From NCBI GenBank assembly GCA_965649225.1, contig CBFGJX010000011.1:16467-80466 (forward strand): a DNA stretch of 64,000 nucleotides, in the 5' to 3' direction. Within the stretch, counting starts at the first letter, position 1. Every line of letters starts with the position of its first letter. The notes below the pieces were generated by a model. The model was given only the letters and a program-made list of their open reading frames with translations. It was not told where the DNA came from and did not search any database. The position numbers and the translations under genes are program-made. Positions 18,437 through 27,562 of the stretch are shown here, in pieces. This stretch comes from a candidate division WOR-3 bacterium (GTDB lineage Bacteria; Hydrothermota; Tepidihabitantia; Tepidihabitantales; Tepidihabitantaceae).

Positions 18437-19756
18437 TCAACGGACTACGCTGACCGTCCGCTCCAGTTTCGCCTGACCGCTTTCCAGTCTCAAGACGTAA
18501 CTGCCGGCCGGCAGACCGCGACCGTGCCAGTCAATACTGTGGCGGCCCGGCCCGAGCATTCCGTCAAAAACCCGCTGCCGCACCCGGCCGGCACCATCAA
18601 CCAGGTCCACACGCACTCTGCCGGCACGCCCGAGCGAAAACGACACGGTACCGCGCTCACGCAGCGGCTGCGGCCGCACGGCAAGGCCGGCGGCGGCCGA
18701 ACCCGGCCGGCCCGGTTCGTTCACCCCGACGTTGACCAGCCGTACCAGCTCGATATCGGTAGTACCCAGACTGTAAGGCGGCTGAGCCGCAGTGGTAATC
18801 TGCGCCGCGTTGAGCTGAGACAATCCCCGGCTCTGACGTTCGCTGTTGATGACCTGCTGACCACGGAAATCACAGGCAACGATATCCCGGCTCATGATCA
18901 GCACCTTCGGGTTGAAGTTCGGCGAACCGCCCGGCCCGCCGGAATACAATCCGAACAGCCCGTCGATGATGAAAAGCTTCTGGATATTGTTGGGTGTTAT
19001 AACATCGCGAATCTGTTGATTCAGGGCCGGAATCGCCGGCGAACAGCCACTGGTGTGCTGCAGCCCGCCCGGATTGTGCACCGAACCGTAGTGATTCTTC
19101 AGACACAGCGTCACCACACCCTGCGAATGCGTCTTCAGCACCGCCGCGTCAATCAGATAGTCACAGAACTGCGACAGTATCCGGCTCGGATTCTGACTTG
19201 AACCGTAAACATTGAAAGTTACGCCGCTGTCGTAGCCCACGCCCGACTGGTCGGAACCGAAAACCCGCACCGTGTTCGGGTCCGAGCCGGTGTAGATCGT
19301 GTAACCGGAGCTGGATAGCTCGCTGTTGGTACGGTCCCAGACAATGACGTTATTGGCGCGAAAGGAAGTGCCACCCACCTGCATCCGCACCAGTCCGTTG
19401 ACAATCGCGTTGACAACTTCCCGATGTGTCGGGAGATAGCGGTTGATGCAGTTCACCTTGATTCCAATCACCGAGTCGGCGGCAATGCCGGGGAAAACCG
19501 ACTTCCACGCCTCACCGACATCGGGGATATCGGTCAGCGCTTTGATTGATTCGTCAACCATCGACCGCACCACCGCCTCGTTGATAACGCTGCCGCTGGT
19601 GGCATTTTCGTGGTAGCACTCGACCACCCGGCTGGCATCGCTGCCGGCCGGTACCGCTCCGCTTCGGTCGCCCAGCGCCAGTCGCGGCCCGGCGATAATC
19701 CCCGCCGCACCGACGCCGAGATACTTCAGAAACTCCCGCCGACTGATATCCTTCAC
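18437..19756 (-). CDS. DUF362-domain protein with Tat signal and C-terminal T9SS type A/FlgD-Ig sorting domain
   Basis: GTG 19756 with SD GGAGG; SRREFLK; IGIKVNC, LKTH, LKNHYG, DIVACD; C-terminus VRPQP...VSFSL...VDLVDGAGR...W...LPAGSYVLRL...VSVVR. Confidence 0.85.
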   Translation of the reverse strand: MKDISRREFLKYLGVGAAGIIAGPRLALGDRSGAVPAGSDASRVVECYHENATSGSVINEAVVRSMVDESIKALTDIPDVGEAWKSVFPGIAADSVIGIKVNCINRYLPTHREVVNAIVNGLVRMQVGGTSFRANNVIVWDRTNSELSSSGYTIYTGSDPNTVRVFGSDQSGVGYDSGVTFNVYGSSQNPSRILSQFCDYLIDAAVLKTHSQGVVTLCLKNHYGSVHNPGGLQHTSGCSPAIPALNQQIRDVITPNNIQKLFIIDGLFGLYSGGPGGSPNFNPKVLIMSRDIVACDFRGQQVINSERQSRGLSQLNAAQITTAAQPPYSLGTTDIELVRLVNVGVNEPGRPGSAAAGLAVRPQPLRERGTVSFSLGRAGRVRVDLVDGAGRVRQRVFDGMLGPGRHSIDWHGRGLPAGSYVLRLESGQAKLERTVSVVR

Positions 19757-19900
19757 AAGAACCTCCGCTGCTGACATCTGGCCCGGCGCCGCCCGCTGGC
19801 ACCTCGGCCCGCTGCCGCTGTTGCCGCAGTGTCCGGCCGGCACCGGCACCATCCGATTATCCTGCCGCCGCTCTCCCGGGTCAAGCCGGGCCGGTGCCAG

Positions 19901-19928
19901 TTGACCATTTTCCGGCCGGGACTATAGT
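19901..19928 (+). promoter_or_regulatory. Sigma70-type promoter of tatAC, back-to-back with the DUF362 operon promoter
   Basis: TTGACC N16 TATAGT on +; TTGACC N17 GATAAT on - at about 19856-19884. Confidence 0.6.
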
Positions 19929-19994
19929 GAACTGTAAACCGGCGGGCGGGCTGATTCCGCGACCAGCAACGACCGGCCGGGAAAGGCATTGGAT

Positions 19995-20180
19995 ATGTTT
20001 GGCATCGGCTGGCAGGAAATCGTCGTCATCGTCCTGGTAGTCCTTTTGCTTTTTGGCGCCCGCCGCATTCCCGAACTGATGCGTTCACTGGGCCGGGGCG
20101 TGCGCGAGTTCAAGGAAGGAATGAAGGAAATCGAAAAGGACGTCCGGGAAGAAGACAAAAAAGACCCCAATCAACACTAG
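19995..20180 (+). CDS. tatA: Twin-arginine translocase subunit TatA/E
   Basis: MFGIGWQEIVVIVLVVLLLFGARRIPELMRSLGRGVREFK. Confidence 0.95.
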   Translation: MFGIGWQEIVVIVLVVLLLFGARRIPELMRSLGRGVREFKEGMKEIEKDVREEDKKDPNQH

Positions 20181-20207
20181 TCCGATCTGCCGCTGCCGCT
20201 CTCCGCA

Positions 20208-20948
20208 ATGAACCGGTCAGGGCCTGAAACGCTACCGGCAATGTCGTTTCTTGACCACCTGGAAGAACTCCGCCGCCGCATCTTTTACTCGCTCATCGCC
20301 CTGGGCATTGGCGCAATTGCCGGCTGGTTCGTGTCCGCGCCGCTGCTCGAGCTTCTCACTCGGCCGGTGCAGAAACTCGTCTTCCTCGCGCCGGCCGAGG
20401 CGTTCACCACCCAGCTCAAGGTCGCACTCATCGCCGGTGCGCTCATCGCCGCGCCGGTCATCCTGTACCAGTTCTGGCGCTTCGTCCGGCCCGCGCTCCT
20501 GCCCCGCGAAGCCGGTAGCATCGCGCTGGCCGTGATTGCCGGAACTTTCTTCTTCTTCGGCGGCTTCGCCTTTGCCTACTTCGCGGTCCTGCCGGTCGGC
20601 CTGAAGTTCCTGCTCGGCTTTGAGACCGCCAGACTCACGCCGATGCTCTCGGTCGGCCGCTACACAAGCTTCGCCACCGGGCTGATGCTCGCCTTCGGCA
20701 TCGTCTTCCAGATGCCGGTCGTCCTGTTCTTCCTCACCAAGCTCGGCATCGTCACCCCGCGATTGCTTTGGAAGAACCAGCGTCTGGCCATCCTCATCAT
20801 CGTCATCGCCGCGGCAATCTTCACCCCGCCCGACGTCATCTCCCAGATGCTGATGGCTGTCCCAATGCTCGCCCTTTACGAACTCAGCATTCTCGGCTCC
20901 TGGCTTGCCGCCCGGGGACGACATGCAGCGCCGACAGCCGACAACTGA
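20208..20948 (+). CDS. tatC: Twin-arginine translocase subunit TatC
   Basis: MSFLDHLEELRRRI, PAEAF, YQFWRFVRPAL, FGIVFQMP, TPPDVISQ. Confidence 0.96.
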   Translation: MNRSGPETLPAMSFLDHLEELRRRIFYSLIALGIGAIAGWFVSAPLLELLTRPVQKLVFLAPAEAFTTQLKVALIAGALIAAPVILYQFWRFVRPALLPREAGSIALAVIAGTFFFFGGFAFAYFAVLPVGLKFLLGFETARLTPMLSVGRYTSFATGLMLAFGIVFQMPVVLFFLTKLGIVTPRLLWKNQRLAILIIVIAAAIFTPPDVISQMLMAVPMLALYELSILGSWLAARGRHAAPTADN

Positions 20949-21288
20949 CCGCGCCTGTCTGAAATTTGTCCTCGCACTCCGCCCTTATCGCTGTCTTGCA
21001 CTGCCACCTGGCCACTTGAACCGGCCGACAACAATTCACCGGACAACTCAAGATGAATCGTCGGCGCACAGCAAATTTGTTGTCGGCCCGGCTTCCGGCT
21101 CTGATTGGCAAACAGTCTGACAGACCGACACTTACCCTGCCGCAGTCTTCGACCACCCGGCCGCCGGGGCAATGACGCCCCTTCTGTTTCCCGAGTCAAT
21201 TCAAGTAATAGCCTTTCACGTCACTTCCCTTAGCCGGCAGACACCTGAGTCAACCCGCCGGAATGATGTTGCAGCCGAGAACAGAATC

Positions 21289-22584
21289 TCAGCCCGGCCT
21301 GCGGCCGAGGGCGGCGAGGGCTTCGCCGGCGAGGTAGAAGGAACCGGCGACGACGACCGGGCCGCGGCCAGCGATGCGCCGGGCCGCGGCCAGCGCCGAG
21401 GCCGCATCGGGCGCAGCGTCGTGCGGGATGCCGAGCCGGGTGAACGTCGACTTGAGCCGCGGCAGCGGCATCGCGCGCGGCGAAGAGGGCGCGACGAGGA
21501 CCGCGCGACTGACCCACAGCGCGAGCGGCCGCACGGTCGGGCCGACAAGCTTGCCGCGCAGCGAGCCGTAGACGAGCGTGACCTTGCGGCCGATGTGACA
21601 GCGAATCGCCTCGGCCAGGGCCGCGCCGGACTCGGGGTTGTGGCAGGAATCGACAACGACCAGCGGACTGCGCGACACGATCTCGCAGCGCGCCGGGATG
21701 CGCACGCCCTCCAGCCCGCGCCGCACTCCCGCCGCGGTGATGCGCGGGTCGCTCTTTGCCAGCAGGCCGAGCACGGCCAGCGCGGTGCGGCAGTTCTCGA
21801 CCTGGTGCGCGCCCCACAACGGCAGTGCCACCGTGCCGCTGCCCAGTGAACCGCGCCAGCCGAACCGCACTCCCCGTGCGCCCGGTCTGACCCGTTCCAC
21901 GCTCACCGCCGACACGGCCTCGACTGGCATTGCCCCGACCCGCCCGGCCTCTTTCAGCAGCGTTTCCAGCGCTTCCGGATAAGCCTGGCGGCCGATGACC
22001 GCGGGCCGTTTCGGTCGCATTATCCCGGCCTTCTCGCGTGCGATTTTCGCCGGAGTGCCGCCCAGCACCTTGATGTGGTCCAGCCCGATGAGCGTGATGA
22101 CCGAGATGTCGGGATTGGTGAGATTGGTGGCGTCAAGCCGGCCGCCAAGTCCGACCTCCACGACCGCGCAGTCGACCCGCGCCCGCCGGAACGCCTCCAG
22201 CGCCAGCGCCGCAGTGAGCTCGAAATAGCTGACCGGCTGGCGCCGCACCAGTGGCGCGAACCGCTCGACCAGCCGCGCGAAAGCTTCGGGAGTAATCAAC
22301 CGGCCGTTGAGTTGAATCCGCTCGCGGACGTCGAGGACGTGAGGCGATACGAACAGGCCGGTGCGCAGCCCGCACGCGCGCAGGGCCGATTCGATGAGAT
22401 AGCAGGTCGAACCCTTGCCCTTGGTCCCGGCCACGAGCACGATCCGGCGCAGACGTTCCTGCGGGTTGCCGGCCAGCCCAAGCAGCCGCCGGATGTCATC
22501 GAGCTTGAACTGGTCACGGGGCTTGGCCAGTTTCTCGTAATTGACCAGTCCGTCGAGAAAGGCGAGGACTTCGCTGTAACGCAA
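21289..22584 (-). CDS. folC: Folylpolyglutamate synthase/dihydrofolate synthase
   Basis: VAGTKGKGST, SPH, RERI, EVGLGGRLDATN, EKAGI, DSCHNP, GSFYLAG. Confidence 0.93.
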   Translation of the reverse strand: MRYSEVLAFLDGLVNYEKLAKPRDQFKLDDIRRLLGLAGNPQERLRRIVLVAGTKGKGSTCYLIESALRACGLRTGLFVSPHVLDVRERIQLNGRLITPEAFARLVERFAPLVRRQPVSYFELTAALALEAFRRARVDCAVVEVGLGGRLDATNLTNPDISVITLIGLDHIKVLGGTPAKIAREKAGIMRPKRPAVIGRQAYPEALETLLKEAGRVGAMPVEAVSAVSVERVRPGARGVRFGWRGSLGSGTVALPLWGAHQVENCRTALAVLGLLAKSDPRITAAGVRRGLEGVRIPARCEIVSRSPLVVVDSCHNPESGAALAEAIRCHIGRKVTLVYGSLRGKLVGPTVRPLALWVSRAVLVAPSSPRAMPLPRLKSTFTRLGIPHDAAPDAASALAAARRIAGRGPVVVAGSFYLAGEALAALGRRPG

Positions 22585-22593
22585 CCGGTTAGG

Positions 22594-23961
22594 CTAACGC
22601 AGTATGACCTTCTCGACCGTGCGCAGCGTTGGGCCGGCAAGTTCGACCAGATACACGCCCGGCCTGTAGCCGGTGAGGTCAATCCCGTTGCCGGTTCGCC
22701 GCACCCTGACCTCGCGTCCGGCTGCGTCGAACACGCGGCAGCGCGCGTCCACGTCTGCGGCGCGGCTGAACCGCACCAGCCCGGTCGTCGGATTGGGCTG
22801 AAGAGCCACTGCTGGCCGCACCGTTCCTGTCTCGGTTACGGCCGAGCCCGCGCCGAGAAAGCAGTAGAGGGACTCGTTCATCGCCCCGAAGTAGACGCGC
22901 CCATGACGGCTGATGGCAGGTGACGACCAGACTTCGTCGCCGATTGTGTGACTGGAAAGTACCGTCGAATCCGGGCCGATGCAGTAAAATGCACTGGCTG
23001 CGGCATTGGCTGAACCGACATAGACATAGCCGCTGGCGTCCACGGCCGGCGAGCAGTAGTTGGTGCCGCCGATTGATTTGCGCCAGCGCACGCCCGAATC
23101 GGTGCTGACGTTGTAAAGCCGGGTGCCGGCCGTCACGTAGAGCGTGGACTCGTTGGCCACGGCCGGGCAGGAATTGATGACCGCAGCCAGGCTGTCGCGC
23201 CACCTGACCGTGCCGTTGGGCCGCACCGCGTACAGGTACCGGCCCGCGCCGAGGTAAATGGTCGAGTCGGGCCCAACCGCCGGCGAAGCGAAATCAGACC
23301 CGGCCGCAAGCGGCAGCCGCCACGCCTCGGTGCCGTCGGGATTGAAAGCCCAGAGATTCCAGTTCGCCCCGCGGGTCGTGGCAACGAGAATGCGGCCGTC
23401 CAGCCCGATTGCCGGCGCCGAGTTGATATCGCCGCCGAGATTGGCGGCCCAGGCCAGCGTACTGTCGGGATTGAGCGCATAGAGCGAGTCCGAATATGCG
23501 CCGAAGTAGATTTTGCCGTCGGTGCCGATAACGGGCGAATGGCTGATCGAAAGACCGTTGTGCGACGGCCAGGCCCAGAGCACTGTGCCCGTTGGGCTGA
23601 CCTTGACCAGCTTACGGTTGGTGGTGATGTAGGCGTTGCCCGATTCGTCCAGCGCCGGCGTCGAGTAGTAGATGCTCGAACCGTATGCCGACAGGTCGGC
23701 AATCCAGTAGACGCTCGCCAGACCGGGTTCAAAACAGTAAAGCTTCACGTCCCGTGCCCCGACCAGAACCGCGTTATCGTCGCGCACCACCGGCGAGCCG
23801 GATACATCGCCACCGACACGGTACGATGCCAGTCGGACCAGCGGTGCGCCCACCGGCGCGCTGGAGCGGCCCGAATGCTGGGGGTCGCCGTGAAAACAGG
23901 CCCAGGGATGCGCCGCCGCAGCAACCGACAGCGCCGACAAAACAACGACAAGGCACTTCAT
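22594..23961 (-). CDS. Secreted PQQ-like beta-propeller protein with T9SS type A sorting domain
   Basis: Signal peptide, WACFHGDPQHSG, repeated SPAIG.DG.IY.G...LYA.NPDG...W, C-terminal PNPT...VFDAAGREV...PGVYLV. Confidence 0.85.
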   Translation of the reverse strand: MKCLVVVLSALSVAAAAHPWACFHGDPQHSGRSSAPVGAPLVRLASYRVGGDVSGSPVVRDDNAVLVGARDVKLYCFEPGLASVYWIADLSAYGSSIYYSTPALDESGNAYITTNRKLVKVSPTGTVLWAWPSHNGLSISHSPVIGTDGKIYFGAYSDSLYALNPDSTLAWAANLGGDINSAPAIGLDGRILVATTRGANWNLWAFNPDGTEAWRLPLAAGSDFASPAVGPDSTIYLGAGRYLYAVRPNGTVRWRDSLAAVINSCPAVANESTLYVTAGTRLYNVSTDSGVRWRKSIGGTNYCSPAVDASGYVYVGSANAAASAFYCIGPDSTVLSSHTIGDEVWSSPAISRHGRVYFGAMNESLYCFLGAGSAVTETGTVRPAVALQPNPTTGLVRFSRAADVDARCRVFDAAGREVRVRRTGNGIDLTGYRPGVYLVELAGPTLRTVEKVILR

Positions 23962-24726
23962 CTAGACCTCCTGCGGGTTTTCCGGCCCGCTTCTCAGCTC
24001 GATGCCGCGCCGGCTCGAACCAATGAACGCCAGTATCGCCTCCAGTTCTTCCCGGCCCTGGCCCGGCAATGCCGCCGGCAACAGCTCGGTTCTGATTCTG
24101 GCGCACGCCGCCGACAGGGTCAATCCCGCCCGCCACACCAGCCGGAATGCGGCCTTGATTGCCGCCACCTGCCCGGGCGAGAATCCAGCCCGCCCCAGCC
24201 CGACGCTGTTCACTCCGCGCACCCGCGCCGGCCGGCCGGCAGCCAGCATATAGGGCGGAATATCCTTGTTAACATAGGAATGGGCGCCAACCATCGCCAG
24301 TGCGCCGATCCGGCAGTACTGATGTATCCCGGTCTGGCCGCCGATATTGGCCCGGTCGCCGACTTCGACGTGACCGCCGAGCTGGACTCCGCTGGTCAGT
24401 ACGCAGCCCGAACCGACCCGGCAGTTGTGCGCGATATGAACGTAGGTCATCACCGTGTTGTTGTCGCCGACGACGGTCGAATTGCCCGCGCCCGAGGCCC
24501 GATGCACCGTCGCATACTCGAAAAATGTATTACCCGAACCGATGACGACCTCGGTATCCTCGCCCGCGTACTTGTGATCCATCGGCGGCCCGCCGATGCA
24601 CACTCCGGCCGCGAACCGGTTACGCGGCCCGATGCGCACCCGGCCCTCGAAAACGCAGTAAGGCCCGACCGAGCAGTCCGGCCCCAGTTCGACCTGCGGC
24701 CCGATGACCGTGGACGGATGCCGCAC
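23962..24726 (-). CDS. lpxA: Acyl-ACP--UDP-N-acetylglucosamine O-acyltransferase
   Basis: Hexapeptide repeats, DHKYAGE, HIAHNC, GHV, HQYCRIG, DIPPY, GVNSVGL; follows fabZ. Confidence 0.92.
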   Translation of the reverse strand: MRHPSTVIGPQVELGPDCSVGPYCVFEGRVRIGPRNRFAAGVCIGGPPMDHKYAGEDTEVVIGSGNTFFEYATVHRASGAGNSTVVGDNNTVMTYVHIAHNCRVGSGCVLTSGVQLGGHVEVGDRANIGGQTGIHQYCRIGALAMVGAHSYVNKDIPPYMLAAGRPARVRGVNSVGLGRAGFSPGQVAAIKAAFRLVWRAGLTLSAACARIRTELLPAALPGQGREELEAILAFIGSSRRGIELRSGPENPQEV

Positions 24727-25163
24727 TAGCGCAGTGCACCGGTGACCCGGGCAAAGCAGGCGAGTTCGTCGCCGGCCCGGGCCTCGCCACTCAGCTTGTA
24801 AACCCCGGCCTTGCCGCCATCAACCCGGGCACGCAGAATCAACCGCTCGCCCGGCCGCACCATCCGCCGGAATCGCACCTGGTCGATAGCGGCAAACAAG
24901 GTATTACGGCCCCGCCGCTCCTCATATTTCGTCAGGACCAAAAGAATCCCGGCCTGCGCGATTGCCTCCACCATCAGCACTCCCGGCAGCACCGGGTTGC
25001 CCGGGAAGTGACCGGGGAAGTAAAAGGCGTCGGCGCGAACATCGTGAAACGCCTCGATGCCCGCCTCACGGTCGAGCATCGTCACGCCATCAACAAAAAG
25101 AAACGGCTCACGATGGGGCAGATACTGCTTCACTGCCACGCTGTCCATAACCAGTTCCTGCAT
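24726..25163 (-). CDS. fabZ: 3-hydroxyacyl-ACP dehydratase
   Basis: LPHREPFLFVD, GHFPGNPVLPGVLMVEAIAQ, FRRMVRPG. Confidence 0.96.
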   Translation of the reverse strand: MQELVMDSVAVKQYLPHREPFLFVDGVTMLDREAGIEAFHDVRADAFYFPGHFPGNPVLPGVLMVEAIAQAGILLVLTKYEERRGRNTLFAAIDQVRFRRMVRPGERLILRARVDGGKAGVYKLSGEARAGDELACFARVTGALR

Positions 25164-25937
25164 TCAACCTCCGTTCTCTTCTTTCTCAATCATTCGCACC
25201 AGCCGCCGGTTCATCTGGTGACCGGGCAGCACCGCCAGTACAGCCGCAACCAGCGGCCGGTTCAACAATGCCAAATCGCCAAGCAAATCCAGCAGCTTGT
25301 GGCGGCATGCCTCGCAGTCAAGCCGCGTCCGTGCCGGCACCAGCCATCCCCCTGTCTCACGTACCGCGAAACCGAGTTTGAGCCGCGCGACCAGACTCAT
25401 CCCGCCCCTGACCGGTCCGAAAGTCCTTGCCGGGGCAAGTTCGCGCAGGAAACCGGCTGCACCTGCCCGCCAGCTCATGGTCTGGGCCGAACCATCCGGC
25501 GCGAGTGCGAGACAGGTGAGAGCCAGCCGTGCGGCCGGCAGCGCGACAATCACCCTGTTGCCGCTGGCCACGGTTACCTTCCGCCGCAGCCGCAGCGGTT
25601 CAATCCGGCCGGTTCGCACCAGCCCGGCGGTCAGCAGCGCCCTGGTCCAGGGCAGGGCGCTGCCATCCAGCAGCGGCAGCGAATGGCCCTTGACCGTCAC
25701 TGTCAGGTCGGTGACGCCGAGCCCATTACAGGCAGCCAGCAGATGCTCCGCCAGTCCCACCCGGCCGATGTAAACGGTGTGGTTGCACACCGAAGCCGTA
25801 GCCGTGCTGGCGCGCACCCCGTTGATGGTGATACCGCTTCCGGCCGGAGCCGGTGCCAGCATCGCCGCGGTCGGTTCCCGCCGCCAGGGATCAAACCCGC
25901 GTCGCGCAACCGGCCGACCGATTGTTGCCCGCTTCAA
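25164..25937 (-). CDS. lpxC: UDP-3-O-acyl-N-acetylglucosamine deacetylase (divergent)
   Basis: EHLLAA, PLLDGSA, ARTFG, RHKLLDLLGDL, GH motifs; TTG 25937 overlaps the lpxD stop. Confidence 0.88.
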   Translation of the reverse strand: MKRATIGRPVARRGFDPWRREPTAAMLAPAPAGSGITINGVRASTATASVCNHTVYIGRVGLAEHLLAACNGLGVTDLTVTVKGHSLPLLDGSALPWTRALLTAGLVRTGRIEPLRLRRKVTVASGNRVIVALPAARLALTCLALAPDGSAQTMSWRAGAAGFLRELAPARTFGPVRGGMSLVARLKLGFAVRETGGWLVPARTRLDCEACRHKLLDLLGDLALLNRPLVAAVLAVLPGHQMNRRLVRMIEKEENGG

Positions 25938-26578
25938 GCCCGGTGCCGAAACCGCCGCCACACCGCGGCCAGTACCCGCTGCACCTCGGCATGAGGCCGG
26001 GCCGGAATACCGGACCAGACCGCCCCAGCCGGCACCGACCGGAAAACCGCCGACTTGGCCAGAATCACTGCATCATCGCCAATCACGACGTGGTCGCGCA
26101 CCCCGGCCTGCCCCGCGATACGCACCCGGTTGCCGATGTGGGCGCTGCCGGCGATGCCAACCTGTCCGGCAATCGCGCAGTCCCGGCCAATCACGACATT
26201 GTGGGCAATGTGAACCTGGCAGTCAATTTTCGTGCCGGCCCCGATGCGGGTTTCGCGTCCGGTGCGTGCCCGCGCCACCGTGCAGTTGGCGCCGATCTCG
26301 ACATCGTCCTCGATCGTCACCGTCCCGTCATGCTCAAGGCGCTGCCAGTGACCATCGACCAGTGCAAACCCGAAACCTTCACAGCCGACCACGGTGCCGG
26401 CGCCGATCCGCACCCGCTCCCCCAGCCGGGCCGGCCCAAGGATGACGGCATTCGGGCCGATTTCGCTGCCCGCGCCGATGCTCACCCGCGGGCCAATCAC
26501 CGCGCCGGGATGAACCGTGACATCCGCGGCCAGTTCTGCATCGGCCGCAATCAGCGCCTGGTTATGGCTTCTGAGCAC
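25934..26578 (-). CDS. lpxD: UDP-3-O-(3-hydroxyacyl)glucosamine N-acyltransferase, short form
   Basis: GCEGFGF, IEDDVEIGAN, TKIDCQVHIAHNV, GIAGS, GQAGVRDH, SGIPAR; only 214 aa. Confidence 0.85.
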   Translation of the reverse strand: MLRSHNQALIAADAELAADVTVHPGAVIGPRVSIGAGSEIGPNAVILGPARLGERVRIGAGTVVGCEGFGFALVDGHWQRLEHDGTVTIEDDVEIGANCTVARARTGRETRIGAGTKIDCQVHIAHNVVIGRDCAIAGQVGIAGSAHIGNRVRIAGQAGVRDHVVIGDDAVILAKSAVFRSVPAGAVWSGIPARPHAEVQRVLAAVWRRFRHRA

Positions 26579-27503
26579 TGGCCAGCAAAACCCGAACCAC
26601 GGTCGCCACCCGCTCGCGCAATTCCTCGTCCCGCGCCGACTCGCCCGACTCGGTTTTCAGCACCGTGCCGAGCCGGACATCGACCACCGACAGCTCAAAC
26701 CGAGTCCGCCGCTCTTCCTTGCTGCACACGCCCCAGACTGCATAATCGGCATCCAGTGCCCGGGCGACGTCCAGCACATCCGAACTCGCCAGCTGTTTCC
26801 CGGCCATGCCGCGATCCTGCAACTGCTGGTCAACCTTGCCCGATGGCGTCATCTCGGTCCCCGACTGGTCACGGATCAGGTTGTAAACAATCTCGCGCAC
26901 CCGCTGACCCGCCAGGTCACGCTGAGCCTGATCGTTGGTGTTGCTGATTGGCATCACCGCCCAGATGGTCTTCTTTGCCGCGGGGGTGACCGGCACGTAT
27001 TCGCGGTTCAGCTCCTCGATCACCGCCTCAGTGATGTCCAGCCCCGGCTGAGCATAGACCACCGGTGCCTTGGCGGCATCCAGCACGATGGCATAACCTT
27101 CGCTCTCGGCAATCCGCGCCACGGCCGACTCGACCTGGGCCGTAATCGGCGCAATCAGCTCGCGGTTACGCTGATCAATCCGCCCGCCGCGTCCCCAGAC
27201 TTCATTGACATAGCTTTCCCACGCCCGCTTCAACCGTTCAACCTCAGCCGCCCGCTGCCGCCGGCCCGATTCTGACAGTGTCGGCGACTGAGACTCAAAC
27301 TCGGTCTTGGCGGCCTCCCAGGCGCTTTTCAGCGAATCGGCCCGCGTCTCAAAACGGCGCACGGCCTCGTCCATTTCCTTTTTGGCATCCGCCGCCTTCT
27401 CATAGCGTGCAACGACCCGCTCGGTATCAACGTAACCAAGCCGGAATTCCTTTGCCAGCAGCGGCACTGCCAGCACCAGCACCGCCAGCGATAAGTTCTT
27501 CAA
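26562..27503 (-). CDS. skp: OmpH/Skp periplasmic chaperone with extra C-terminal domain
   Basis: Signal peptide, LGYVD, coiled coil, GYAIVLD...DITEAVIEELN then ~140 extra aa; SD AGGAGG before TTG. Confidence 0.85.
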   Translation of the reverse strand: MKNLSLAVLVLAVPLLAKEFRLGYVDTERVVARYEKAADAKKEMDEAVRRFETRADSLKSAWEAAKTEFESQSPTLSESGRRQRAAEVERLKRAWESYVNEVWGRGGRIDQRNRELIAPITAQVESAVARIAESEGYAIVLDAAKAPVVYAQPGLDITEAVIEELNREYVPVTPAAKKTIWAVMPISNTNDQAQRDLAGQRVREIVYNLIRDQSGTEMTPSGKVDQQLQDRGMAGKQLASSDVLDVARALDADYAVWGVCSKEERRTRFELSVVDVRLGTVLKTESGESARDEELRERVATVVRVLLASAQKP

Positions 27504-27562
27504 CTCATCCTCCTAGTCCGGATACGGGCGCAGCGATTCTGCGCCTGACGGCTTTTTTCAGC

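Noticed and set aside
20951..20966. IS-end-like GCGCCTGTCTGAAATT
   Set aside because: No convincing matching inverted end or transposase
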